A DNA stretch of 64,000 bases from the human T2T-CHM13v2.0 reference genome, Homo sapiens, in NCBI RefSeq assembly GCF_009914755.1, contig NC_060935.1; one strand, 5' to 3'. Position numbers and translations under genes: made by a program. Below the pieces are notes generated by a model, which saw only the letters and a list, made by a program, of their open reading frames with translations, did not search any database and was not told the origin of the DNA. Position 1 is the stretch's first letter. Each line of letters opens with the position of its first letter. This document shows positions 48,664 to 64,000 of the stretch, in pieces.

Positions 48664-50682
48664 TAAATATAGAGTATAAATAAAGATAAATTATAAAAAG
48701 AAAACAAATAGAAATCCTGGAGTTTTAGGTATATGCCAAGAGGAACATTTAAAAAAAAAAAGAAAAAAGAGAAAAATAAATTCTGGAGTTGAAGAGTATA
48801 ATAACTGAAATAAAAATTCGCTAGAGGAGGTCAATATAGATTAGAGCAGGCAAAAGAAACAATCAGCACACTTGAAGATAAGTCCACTGAGATTAACAAT
48901 CTGAGAAACAAGAATGGAGAAAAGCAAATGGAGTTTAAGAGACCCATGGAATACCATCGAGCATAACAACATATGCATAATGAAAGTCCCAGATGGAGAG
49001 GAGGCAGAGAAAGAAGAAGACAGAATATTTGAAGAAATAATGGCCCAAAACTTCCAATATGTAATGGAAGATTCAATCTTCACATTCAATAAGCCTAATG
49101 AATCCCAAGTAGGATAAACACAAAGAGATCAAAACCAAGATACATTAGAATCGAACTATTGAAAGACAAAGATAAAAAGAGAATCTTGATTTTTGTTGTT
49201 GTTGTTTTGAGACAGAATCTTACTTTGTTGCCCAGGCTGGAGTGCAGTGGCACGATCTCAGCTCACTGTAACATCCGCCTCCTCCGTGCCTGGCTAATTT
49301 TTGTATATTTAGGGGAGACAGGGTTTCGCCATGTTGACCAAGCTGGTCTCAAACTCCTTACCTTAAGTGATCCACCCACCTCGACCTCCCAAAGTGCTGG
49401 GATCACAGGCGTAAGCCACCATTCCCCGCCTGAAGAGAGAATCTTGAAAACAACAAGAGAAAAGTGACTCATCACATATAAGCTAATCTCAATAAGATTA
49501 ACAGTTTATTTCTCATCAGAAACCATGGGGGCCAGATAGTGGGATGATATATTCAGAAAATGCTGAAACCAACAAACAAAAGAGGATTAAGATTTCTATA
49601 TCTATCTATATATAACTAAGATTTCTATATCTGGCAAAGCTATCCTTCAGAAAAAAAAGGAGAACTCAAGACATCCTCAGATAAACTAAAGTCGAGAGAG
49701 TTTGTCGCTAGTAGACCTGCCATATAAGAAATGCTAAAGGGAGCTGTTCAGGTTGCTACTAAAGGACACTAGATAGTAACTCAAAACCACATGAAGAAAT
49801 AAAGAACATCAGTAAAATAAATACATAGGTAAATATACATAGATAAATATAAAAGTTAGTATTACTGTATTTTTAGTTTAAACTCCTCTTTTTTCCCTTA
49901 TATAATTTAAAATACATCTACAATAACCATAAATCTATGTTGATGGGCATGTAAGGCATAAAAATGTAATTACTGACAATAAAAACATGAAAGGTAGGGG
50001 ATGAAGCTATAGAGGTTCAAAGATTTTGCATGCTATTGAAACTAAGTTGGTATTAATTAGAATTAGATTGTTAAATATTATTATTTAAATTTTTTGTTGT
50101 AGTTGCAGTTTTTGAGACCAGGTCTTGCTCTGTTGCTTGGGCTGGAGTGCAGTGTTGCGATTATGGCTCACTGCAGCCATGAACTCCTGGACTCAAGTGA
50201 TCATCCCACCTCAGCCTCTGAGTAGCTGGGACTACAGGTGCACATCACCACATCTGGCTAATTTGGTGGGGGGGTGGCTAGATACGGGGTCTTTCTTTAT
50301 TACCCAGGCTGGTCTCAAACTTCTGACCTCAAGCAATCCTCCTACCTCAGCCTCCCAAAGTGGTAGGGCTTGAGTCACCATGCCCAGCCAAATTGTTCAA
50401 TATCCAAGACAACCACTAAGAAAATAACTAAAAGAAAAGAAAAGAAGGGAATCAAAAGAAAAAAAGAGAATCAAAATGGGGCACTAGAAAATATTTAACA
50501 CAATAGAAGGCAATAATGAAGGAGTTGAGGAACAAAAAAACAAAAATATATAATGCATATAAAAAATAGCAAAATGGGAATAAATCCTTATCAGTAATTA
50601 CATTAACTGTAAATGGATTGAATTATCCAATTGAAAGGCAGAGATTAGTAGAATTGATTTTTTTTAAAAAAAACATGATCCA

Positions 50683-50783
50683 GTGCTCACTTCAGCAGCA
50701 CATATACTAAAATTGGAATGATACAGAGAAGATTAGCGTGGCCCCTGTGCAAGGTTGACATGCAAATTTGTGAAGCTTTCCAT
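50683..50783 (+). pseudogene. RNU6-1243P: U6 snRNA processed pseudogene (probably RNU6-1243P)
   Basis: Near full-length U6 (GTGCTCaCTTCaGCAGCACATATACTAAAATTGGAA...ACAGAGAAGATTAGC...), CpG decay, A-rich tail, TSD ACATGATCCA; symbol from recalled locus annotation. Confidence 0.93.
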
Positions 50784-50909
50784 TATAAAATTAAAAAATT
50801 AAAAAAAAACCCCACATGATCCAACTATATATGCTGTCTACAAGAGCTTCGCTTTAGCTCAAATGACCCAAATTGTTGAAAGTGAAAGGATGGAAGATAT
50901 TCCAGGCTA

Positions 50910-51011
<102 letters not shown>

Positions 51012-51395
51012 CTATCTACTAAAACAAACAAACAAACAAAAAAACCTGGTATGGTGGCACACAACTGTAGTCCCAGCTACTCAGGAAGCTAAGGTGGGAG
51101 GATGGATCCCTTCGGCCCAGGAGTTTGAGGCTGCAGCCACTGCACTCCAGCTTGAGTGACAAGGGACTCTGTATTTAAATACTACATATATTCCATGAAA
51201 ACTAACAAAAAGAGGGCTGGAGTGGATATCCTAATATTATAAAAAATAGACCTCAAGGCAAAAATTGTTACAAGGGACAAAGAGAAACATTTTGTAATGA
51301 TAAAAGGTTCAATTCATCAAGAAGATATAACAATTATATATTTCACCTAACAGGAGAGTCCTCAAAGTATTTGAAGCAAAAATGGACAGAATTCA

Positions 51396-51773
<378 letters not shown>

Positions 51774-52592
51774 TCAATACTTCACTTTCAATAATGGCTA
51801 GAACTACACACTAGATAAGGACATAGAAGACTTGAACAGTGCTAACTCTACCCAACCATAGCAGAATATACATTCTTCTCAAAGTACACATAAAACATTC
51901 CCCAGGATAGACCATATGTTAGACCACAAAATAAGTCTTAATAAATTTTAAAGAATTGAAATCATATGAATTATCTTTCCAACCACAAAGGAATGAAATT
52001 AGAAATAACAGAATTAAAAGTGAAAAATTCACAAATATGTGGGAATTAAGCAACACACTCTTAACTGCCCCACGGATCAAAGAAAAAATCACAAGAGAAA
52101 TTAGATGAGATGAATGAAAATGAAAATACAGCATACCAAAACTTATCGAATACAGCAAAAGCAGTACTCAAAGGGAAATTTATAGCTGTAAAAACCTACA
52201 TCAAAGAGAAGAAAGATCTCCAATTAATAACCTAAACTTCCAATTTAAGGAACTAGAAAAAGTAGAATAAACTAAACCCAAAGCAAGCAAAAGAAAGAAT
52301 AAAAATTAAGAGTGGAGATAAATGAAATAGAAAAGAGAAAAACAACAGAAAGAATCAATGAAAACAAAAGTTGATTCTTCAAAAAGATCAAGAAAATTGA
52401 TGAAACTTTAGACTGACCAAAAAAAAAAAAAGAAGACTCAAATTACTAAAGTTAGGAATAAGGCTGGAGTGGCTCACGCCTGTAATCTGAGCACTTTTGG
52501 AGGCCAGTGCGGGGGAATTGTTTGAGCTCAGGAGTTCAAGACCGGCTTGGGCAACATAAGGAAACCTTGTCTCTGCTAAAAATAAAATATTA

Positions 52593-52880
<288 letters not shown>

Positions 52881-53069
52881 CTATGATCGTACCACTTCTC
52901 TCCATCCTGGGTGATAGAGCAAGATGCTGTCTCTAAAGTAAATACATAGGCTGGGTGCAGTAGCTCACGCCTGTAATCCCAGCACTTTGGGAGGCCGAGG
53001 CTGGCAGATCACCTGAGGTCGGGAGTTCGAGACCAGCCTGACCAACATGGAGAAACCCTGTCTCCACTA

Positions 53070-53309
<240 letters not shown>

Positions 53310-53492
53310 TTATGCCTGTAATCCTGGCATTTTGGGAGGCCAAGGCGAGAGGATTCCTTGAGCCCAAGAGTTCGAGACCAGCCTGGGCAAGATGGTGAGA
53401 CCCTATCTCTACAAAAAGTTTAAAAGTTAGGCTGGGCGCGGTGGCTCACGCCTGTAATCCCAGCACTTCGGGAAGATGAGGTGGGCGGATCA

Positions 53493-53875
<383 letters not shown>

Positions 53876-54353
53876 CTATAAATAAATAATAAAATAAATA
53901 AAACATTTTAAAAAGAAAAACTACTACCAACCTTACAGATACAGAAAGAATTATAGAACACTATGAAAAATTGTATGACAACAAACTAGATAACCTAGAT
54001 TAAATGAACAAATGCCTAGAAACCAAAACTTCCTCAAGAAGAAACAGAAAACTTGAATAGACCTCAAACACAAGATTGAATCAGTAATCAAAAAACTTCC
54101 AATAGAGAAACGATTAGGAGCAAATAAAGAATAAATGCCAATCCACAAACTGTTCCAAAAAATAGAGAAGAATATACTTCATAACCCATTCTCTTGTGCC
54201 AGTATTATCCTAAAACTAAAGCCAGACAATATCTCACAAGGAAAGAAATATAAAGACCAGGCTGGGCGTGGTGGCTCACGCCTGTAATCCCAGCAATTTG
54301 GGAGGCTGAGGCAGGTGTATCACGAGGTCAGGAGATCGAGACCATCCTGGCTA

Positions 54354-54608
<255 letters not shown>

Positions 54609-54767
54609 CTAGCAAATCCAATCCAGCAACATGTTAAAAAGATTATACATCGTGTCCATGTGGGATTTATCATGGGAATGCAAGCAAGGTAGTTGAACAT
54701 ATGAAAATCAGTGTAAAGGCCAGGCATGGTGGCTCATGCCTATAATCTTAGCACGTTGTGAGGCCTA

Positions 54768-54998
<231 letters not shown>

Positions 54999-55012
54999 TC
55001 AAAACAAACAAA

Positions 55013-55262
55013 CAAGATGTGCTTTGTTAAACAGATGCTTGAAGGCAGCATGATCGTTAAGAGTCATCACCACTCCCTAATCTCAAGTAATCAGGGACAC
55101 AAACACTGTGGAAGGCCGCAGGGTCCTCTGCCTAGGAAAACCAGAGACCTTTGTTCACTTGTTTATCTGCTGACCTTCCCTCCACTATTGTCCCATGACC
55201 CTGCCAAATCCCCCTCTGTGAGAAACACCCAAGAATTATCAATAAAAAAATAAATTAAAAAA
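55013..55262 (+). mobile_element. 5'-truncated SVA (SINE-R 3' end only)
   Basis: caagatgtgctttgttaaacagatgcttgaaggcagcatg...gagaaacacccaagaattatcaataaa + A tail; (AAAC)n target on both sides. Confidence 0.92.
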
Positions 55263-56959
55263 CAAACAAACAAACAAACAAACAAAAAACACCTGAGCTC
55301 AAACAATTCTCCCTCCTTGGTCTCCCCAAATGCTGGGATGACATGCATGAACCACTGCACCTGGCAAATTATGACATGATCTTATATGTAGTAAACCCTA
55401 AAGAATCCACACAAAAACTATTACAGCTAGTAAATAAATTCAGCAAAGTTACAGGATACAAGATTAATATACAAAAATCAGCTGTATTTCCATACATTAG
55501 CAATAAACAATCTGAAAATAAAATTAAGAAAATAATGCCATTTACAAAATGGAACTTTATTCTTATTAAAAAGAATAAGAGACTTCGGAATATTTTTAAC
55601 CAAGAAGATGCAAGACTTGTACACTGAAAACCCTACGACAGTGGTGAATGAAACTAAAGAATACCTAAATAAATGAAAAGACATCCTATGTTCATGGATT
55701 GGAAGACTTGATGTTGTAAAGATGACTAAGTGATCTACAGACTCAGTGTAATCCCCATCAAAATTCCAACTGCGTTTTTTGCAGAAATGGGCAAGGCGAT
55801 CCTAAAATTCACATGGAATTGCAATGGACCCCAAATAGCTAAAACCATCTTGAAAAAGAACAAAGTTGGAGAACTTACACTCCTGGTTTCGAAATTTCTA
55901 CGTAGCTACATAATTAAAACAATGAAATATTGAAGTGACATATAGCTCAATAGAATTGATAGTCCAGAAATAAACCCATATATGTATTATCAATTGATTT
56001 TCAACATGTATGCCAAGACAAGTCAATAGGAAAGAATATGCTTTTCAACAAATATACATGGACACCTGGATAGCTACATGCAAAAGAAGAAAGTTGGACC
56101 TTTACCTCAAATGATACATAAAAATTAACTCAAAATAGGTCAAATTCCTAAATGTAAGAACTAAAGCGATAGAAGTTTTAGAAGAAAACGTACGGGTAAA
56201 TCTTCATGACCTTGGATTTGACAGTGTCAAAATTTATCTAAATTAAAATTTTAATGTTTAAAATTCAAAATGAATTAAAAACTTTCATGCATCAAGGAAC
56301 CTCCTCAAGAAAGTAAAAAAGATGATCTACAGAATGGGAGAAAATATTTGTAAATCACGTGCTTGATAATGGTCTAGTATCCAGAATATATAAATAATTC
56401 TAACAACAACAAGAAGGCAAACAATCCAACTGAAAAAATGGGCAAAAGACTTGGATAGACATTTCTCCAATGAGGATAAACAAACAGCCAATAAGCACAT
56501 GAGAAGATACTTAACATCGTTTGCCATCTGGGAAATGAGAATCAAAACCACAATGAGATACTACTGCACACCTACTAGGATGGCTTTAGCATCAGTAAAT
56601 ATGTAAACACTACATACATAAGTGGAAAAGGTGAATTTTACAGGACACGGATTGCCCCTCAATATTAAAATTATAAAAAAAAGACTGGAAGGAAATACAT
56701 CAAAATGATAACCTTGTTTGGGAGTTTGTTTTGTTTTGTTTTAAACTGCTCTGTAGTTTCCTAATTGTTTATAACAAGCATTTAGTCCTTTTGAAGTGTA
56801 AGCAATAGTCTTAAATCTCTCTTATAGTTGTATAAAGCAGGCATACATGAATCTTCCTCCCCTCCCCTCCCTTCCTCCCTCCTTCAAAATAAATTAAAAA
56901 CTTTTGTGCATCAAGGAACCTCCTCAACAAAGTAAAAAAGACGACCTACAGAATGGAGT

Positions 56960-57098
56960 CCTCCCTACCTCCTTCCCTTCCTTCCCTTCCTTCCTTTCCT
57001 TCCCTTCCTTCCCTCCTTCCTTCCTTCCTTCCTTCCTTCCTTCCTTCCTTCCTTCCTTCCTTTCTTCCTTCCTTCCTTCCTTCCTTCCTTCCCTCCTT
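56960..57098. repeat. (CCTT)n / (TTCC)n microsatellite
   Basis: Direct reading. Confidence 0.95.
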
Positions 57099-57822
<724 letters not shown>

Positions 57823-59322
57823 GGCCTGTAGTTTTATTGGCTAAGTCTGGTAGCCCTAGCATGGGTGGAGAAGGCTGTAGCTGTGGAAGCCCAGCCAGTC
57901 TGCATCTGAGGCAGGGAAAGGCAGCTAAGGCAGCCTGCCGTCAGCCCATTGACCTGACAGATAGGGGCCAATGTGGCTTACTCCTCATCTAGCCTACCCT
58001 TGTGCCGTCCTCTCCAACATCCATCCACCTGACAGATGGATGACCCTTCCTCTTCCCCAGGGGTTGTTTTGATGAGTAGATGACATTTCTAAAGAGCGCT
58101 TAGTGCACTGCCTGACACCTGGTAAGTGGTCAAGATGGGGAGAACTGATTGTTTCTACTATTCTTTCCCTCTCACAGTGGCCACCGCAGCGCTAAACACG
58201 GTCGGTCGGCATTCAGTGCTCGCCGTGGAAGCGAACCGCAGGAGCATCCTGGGGCAGCGGGGAGTTGCTGCACTCACCTAGACAGGCGGCCTACTGTGAC
58301 TTCAGGCAAGTCATTTTCCTTCTCTGTGCCTCAGTTTCTTTGTCTGCAAAATGAGCAGCTGGACTAGAAACTTACCATTCTTTCACAGCACGTCAAACTC
58401 AACATGCCCATTTGAGCTGAAGACACTGAGGCTACTCACTGGGTGTGAACCTTTGACAGCATCCAGGCCCTGCACAGTTGTCTAGGAGAAGCCTGACCCA
58501 TGATGTCCTTTCCGCTACCCACCTGCCACGAGCCCCAGTTCTGAGCTGGAGGGGTGGGGGTGGGTGGAAGGTGGATAGTGGTCAGTGCCTCACCTGGCCG
58601 ACTGCAGCCTGGCAGAGTCCATGGGGGACCTCGCAGCACAGTGGATCCTCTTGCCTTGTGTCTCTAGTTGGTCCAGCTCTGGTCTATTCCATGCTATTCC
58701 GTTGTCATGGGCAGGACTGGGTTTGATGAAGTTGGACCTAGGTGTATCCCAGCCTCTCCTGGTTTCTGTCGTCTTTCTGTGGTGCCCAGGGCTTATGTTT
58801 CTATCTCTTTGAATGTTGAGTTTACTCCGTCCTTCAGGGATCAGGGCTGCCTGAGCTCAGGGTGGAGGTGCTGTTGTCTGTCTGGCTTCCGGGCCCTGGA
58901 CTGGCAGTGTCCCCCAGCACCCCTGTCCAGCTATGCCAAGCCCCCTCCTTTTCTTTCTTGGCCTCTGCCCTATTTGTTCTGTGACTGGCCCAAGAGAGGG
59001 GTGTGGGCTGGCAGGTGTCCCACATAAAGCCTGGAGGCAGCATCCAGGCCTGGCTGACTTACCCCGGGGCCCCCTGCCTACTGCCCCCAGCCAAGCTGGG
59101 TCTCCTTCTTCCTGCCCAGCTGAGGCAGGGCCTAGAAGGGCACCGAGGCAGGCCCTCTGTGATGCTCCTGTTGCTATGGTAATTCTAGATGAGAAGGCCA
59201 TAGCATTCTGTGTCTGGCACCCCCGCGCATCTCCCCAGCTCTGCCCTGCTGCCCCAAGAGATGGCTCTCTGCTGGGGAGCTCGAGAGCTTGGAATCTGCT
59301 GCAGTCAAAGTTTCTTCCATGC

Positions 59323-59568
59323 GGCCAGGCACAGTGGCTCATGCCTGCAATCCTAGCACTTTGGGAGGCCGAGGCGGGTGGATTACTTGAGGTCAGGAGT
59401 TCAAGACCAACCTGGCCAACATGGTGAAACCCCATCTCTACTAAAAATACAATACTTAGCCGGAAATCACTTGAACCCAGGAGGCAGATGTTGCAGTGAG
59501 CCAAGATCATGCCACTGCACTCCAGCCTGGGTAACAAAGCGAGACTCCGTCTCAAAAAAAAAAAAAAA
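59323..59568 (+). mobile_element. Alu with internal deletion
   Basis: Alu consensus, A tail. Confidence 0.9.
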
Positions 59569-60784
59569 GTATCTTTCATGCAGGCCCCATCCTTTGGACC
59601 TCCCTTCAACCCCAAGAGAGACCACTACCCTAGCAGGTAAGACTCTACCTCTCAGAAACTGACCTTTACTGTAGAGCTGATAGTGGGAAAGGGCTCAGGA
59701 TCCAAAATCAAAAGACCTAGATCCTAGTCTCAAGCCATTTATAGCTGTGTGACCTTGGACAAGGCAGGCCTTGAGCTTCAGTGTCCTCCTTTGTAAAATG
59801 TGGATAAACATGCGATACTGAATCATCCTTCAGGAATAGCTCTATGACTTTCCGTAGGTTGTTCCCCTGATGTGTAATGCTCTTCCATTCTTCTCAGCTC
59901 CATGAACTCCTACTCATGCTTCAAGACCCAACCGAAATGCCCCATTGTCTGTAAAAATTTCCCTGACCTCTGTGCACTTGGCACAGATCTTAGGCCTTGC
60001 CATTCTGTGTTAGAGTTGTTATTTAAGTGTTTCCAAATTTTTTGACTATGAATACGTACAGGCAGGAATCAGATTAGGCTCAGTTCTGGAAGGAGAAATG
60101 GTTTGGCGAATATTTTCTTTGCGGAACGGAAAGCAGAAGAGGGCGACCTTGACTGGGTTGGGTGCCATCTCTGCAGGGGTCAATCCTGGGACTCTTGTTC
60201 CAGGCATGGCTTGGGTCAATCAGCACTCATGACTTTGCTGTGTGCCTGAGCCGTGCCTGGCTAACTGGGGACATTTTCATAGCTGAGACCCAGTAGGAGA
60301 GACCATGACTTGTGCCAGGGTGTGCCTGTCTCAGCTCTGGGGCAGGGCCAGGAGCAGCTGCTCATGGGATGTCTCTGGGGACATGCTGGGGCCTCTGGGA
60401 GGGGAAGGGAGACTGGCCATGCACTGTCTATGGTCCTGGTGGTACTCCTGGGATATTGCCAAGGAGCCTGCGGTTCAGGGAACAGGGAGGAGGGACTCTA
60501 GTGTCTCCAACTCCCTCTCATGGCTCTATGGCTGCTGGTCGGGGTCAGGGAGATGAAGCAGTGCCAGCTCCGTGGTCTGCACTGATCCTGACCAGTGAAC
60601 CAGGCTTCCCCAGCCAGAGCCAGCTAGTCAAGCACGCTCTCTAGTGGCCACCACAGGGAAGGCAAGAACTTGTCTCCACAAAGGCAGGATTTTCATTTAT
60701 TCCTTCAGAGAGTACAGAATGAGCATCAATGTTCCAGGCATGGTGCCAGGCATGTGTGTTAACTTTAGTTAAAACATACTTATT

Positions 60785-61190
<406 letters not shown>

Positions 61191-61704
61191 TTATCATCTT
61201 CTAAATGGAAAGCTCTTGAGTTTCAGGATGTGTTGGTTGGGAAGGGAATACAGGATAGGGAAATAATCCATTAAGCAATGACTCAGCACAGGCCATAAAA
61301 TCAGAATCACCTGGAGAACTTGAACAATCCCAACACCTGGGGTCCATCCAGACCAATCAAATCAGAATTCGTAGGGGTCAGGCACAGGCACCAGTGGTTT
61401 GGAGAGTTGACGGACACATGTCCCATCCATCATTCTCATTCGGCTGCCAAGGTAGGCATCGTTGTCCCATTTTGCATATGAGGAGACTGAGGCTGAAGTG
61501 AACCTGCTTCTTTCCCCATATCAGTTGAGGACAGCGATGGGGCAGCGGGGAGGCAGTAAATACTCCTACAAGGCTGCCTCTAAAGAGAGTCTTATAATAA
61601 CAACAGCTTTATTGTTTGCCATGATTAGAAAAGTATTCAAGGTCATTGCGAAATAGTTTTTTTTTTTCTAGGCAGATAATTATATAAAGGCAAAAATGGT
61701 GTGT

Positions 61705-61907
61705 GGGGGTGGGGGACAAGGGGAGGGAGAGCATTAGGACAAATACCTAATGCACGCAAGGCTTAAAACCTAGATGATGGGTTGACAGGTGCAGCAAACC
61801 ACCATGGCACACGTATACCTATGTAACAAACCTGCACATCATGTATACCTATGTAACAAACCTGTACATTCTGCACACGTATCCCAGAACTTAAAGTGAA
61901 AAAAAAA
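61705..61907 (+). mobile_element. 5'-truncated L1PA 3' end
   Basis: ggagggagagcattaggacaaatacctaatgca...cccagaacttaaagt + A tail; TSD AAAA(A/G)TGGTGTGT. Confidence 0.9.
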
Positions 61908-63019
61908 GTGGTGTGTAGAAAAATCACCTGCAATCTCAGCATAGTTAACGCTTAGTACATTTCAGAGAGAGAGGGTGACAGGAAAGGGAGGATGAGAGTG
62001 GGTTTAAGACACAAGGTCATATTATAAAATCAGGGCTTCTGGAAGTTTAGTCCCAAAACCACACATCTCATAATCCCCTGCAGTGCTTGATTAAAATGCA
62101 ACATCCCTAAGGCCACAGACTCAGACTCTGGAGAAAGATCCAGAAAACTGCCCGTTTAATAAACATTTGGGCGATTCTTACGGCCTCTAAAGACCAAGAA
62201 CCACTGCTGCCTAGAGCTCTGCTCTCTTCATTGAACAATACAAGAGGAGTGTGTAGGTAGACACCCACCACTTCCAACAGCTTAGGAGAGCCCTTGAGTA
62301 TGGATTGATGTATTAAAATTTATTGAATCACATGCTGAGATTTTCACCAGCTGCCCGTGGGGATCTGGGCATTTATTCCCATATTGCACTGGCTGGCTGG
62401 AAGCCAGCAGCATAAACTCCAGGGCTGTTCTGTCAACCCCCACCAGACTCACCCCCCTCCACCAGCCCCGGCAGGCTTCTCCTTCCATCTCTCTGAAGCA
62501 ACTTACTGATGGGCCCTGCCAGCCAATCACAGCCAGAATAACGTATGATGTCACCAGCAGCCAATCAGAGCTCCTCGTCAGCATATGCAGAATTCTGTCA
62601 TTTTACTAGGGTGATGAAATTCCCAAGCAACACCATCCTTTTCAGATAAGGGCACTGAGGCTGAGAGAGGAGCTGAAACCTACCCGGGGTCACCACACAC
62701 AGGTGGCAAGGCTGGGACCAGAAACCAGGACTGTTGACTGCAGCCCGGTATTCATTCTTTCCATAGCCCACAGGGCTGTCAAAGACCCCAGGGCCTAGTC
62801 AGAGGCTCCTCCTTCCTGGAGAGTTCCTGGCACAGAAGTTGAAGCTCAGCACAGCCCCCTAACCCCCAACTCTCTCTGCAAGGCCTCAGGGGTCAGAACA
62901 CTGGTGGAGCAGATCCTTTAGCCTCTGGATTTTAGGGCCATGGTAGAGGGGGTGTTGCCCTAAATTCCAGCCCTGGTCTCAGCCCAACACCCTCCAAGAA
63001 GAAATTAGAGGGGCCATGG

Positions 63020-63175
63020 CCAGGCTGTGCTAGCCGTTGCTTCTGAGCAGATTACAAGAAGGGACTAAGACAAGGACTCCTTTGTGGAGGTCCTGGCTTA
63101 GGGAGTCAAGTGACGGCGGCTCAGCACTCACGTGGGCAGTGCCAGCCTCTAAGAGTGGGCAGGGGCACTGGCCAC
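63020..63175 (+). promoter_or_regulatory. BEST1: BEST1 (VMD2) proximal promoter
   Basis: E-boxes CAAGTG 63107-63112 and CACGTG 63129-63134; OTX-type GATTA 63050-63054 and GGCTTA 63095-63100; fits the known MITF/TFE and OTX2 control of BEST1 in RPE. Confidence 0.8.
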
Positions 63176-63250
63176 AGAGTCCCAGGGAGTCCCACCAGCC
63201 TAGTCGCCAGACCTTCTGTGGGATCATCGGACCCACCTGGAACCCCACCT
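63176..63250 (+). other. BEST1: BEST1 non-coding exon 1 (TSS approximate); intron 1 follows, coding exons are outside the window
   Basis: Matches recalled BEST1 5'UTR ...GGATCATCGGACCCACCTGGAACCCCACCT, followed by GTGAGT donor at 63251. Confidence 0.85.
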
Positions 63251-64000
63251 GTGAGTACAAGGTGCCCCAGGTGGACTGGGCTGGGGCTTTGAGGCCTTCA
63301 GGGTTGGATGGCCATCTTGCGTATTTGTGTGGGATATGCACACACAGGCAGCACATGCGCAGGTGTGTGGGCACCTGTGTGTCTGTGCAAATGCCCTGAG
63401 GTGGGAATGAGCTTGGTGTGCATCAGGCACAGCCAGCCAGTGTGGCTGCAGCAAAACACACAGGGAAAGAATGGAGGGGGCATCAATCACTGCTTCAGTA
63501 AATTTTTATTGAGCGCCTTCTACGAGAACACAAGAGGAGCTTCCATTCTGAGGAGGAAACAGGCAGGAAACAGGCAGATATCCTGTATAATTTCAAGTAG
63601 TGATAAGTGCTCTCTAGAAATATCAAGCAAGGTGAGGAGACACAGAGCACCGGTGGCAGTGGGGCTCTATTTCCAGGTTGGATGGTTGGGAACATCCTTT
63701 CTAAAGGGAACCTGGAGTGGGAAGGAACCATGCAGGTATCTCAGGAAGAGCTTCCTCCAGGCAGGAAGATCAGCAGGTGGAAAGGCCCTGGAGCCACCAT
63801 TCAGTAAACATCATTTGAGCATCTCTACCAGCTAGGTTCCATTATGGGAATGGGAATATGGTGGTGGACAGGGCTGCCTGGTCCCTTCCATACTTCTCAC
63901 ACTAGGGTGGTTGAGAGAGCTTGGGAGCTAACGAACAAGATGGGCTGAGAACACTGCCTAGCCCAGAGGACCTGAGCTTAGTGTGTAGACATTGCTGCTG

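Noticed and set aside
50683-50783. Functional U6 snRNA gene
   Set aside because: No upstream PSE/TATA, CpG decay, A tail and TSD indicate a retrocopy

Overview
Human genomic DNA, recognisable as the chr11q12 FADS3-RAB3IL1-BEST1 interval; locus identity comes from translated exons and recalled cDNA, not from a search. In order: (1) part of FADS3 intron 1, coding exon 1 (cytochrome b5 HPGG motif) and its CpG-island promoter, minus strand, ~1-4.9 kb. (2) The complete RAB3IL1 (GRAB, Rab3A/Rab8 GEF) gene, minus strand: ten GT-AG exons give 1149 nt = 382 aa + stop, plus an upstream alternative coding first exon at ~33 kb. (3) A ~28 kb repeat-dense intergenic block with Alus, MST/MLT LTRs, a fragmented old L1, a 24-bp VNTR, a U6 retrocopy and a 5'-truncated SVA. 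(4) The BEST1 promoter and non-coding exon 1, plus strand, ~63.2 kb. I see no evidence for a wholly new biological system. The best leads are a ~100-bp non-Alu inverted duplication in RAB3IL1 intron 1, an in-frame 144-nt candidate cassette exon, a tandem-duplicated FADS3 splice donor, a GATA-clustered alternative RAB3IL1 promoter, a young SVA nested in an Alu tail, and a 74-bp templated copy inside a polypyrimidine tract. Repeat boundaries and subfamilies are by eye and approximate.
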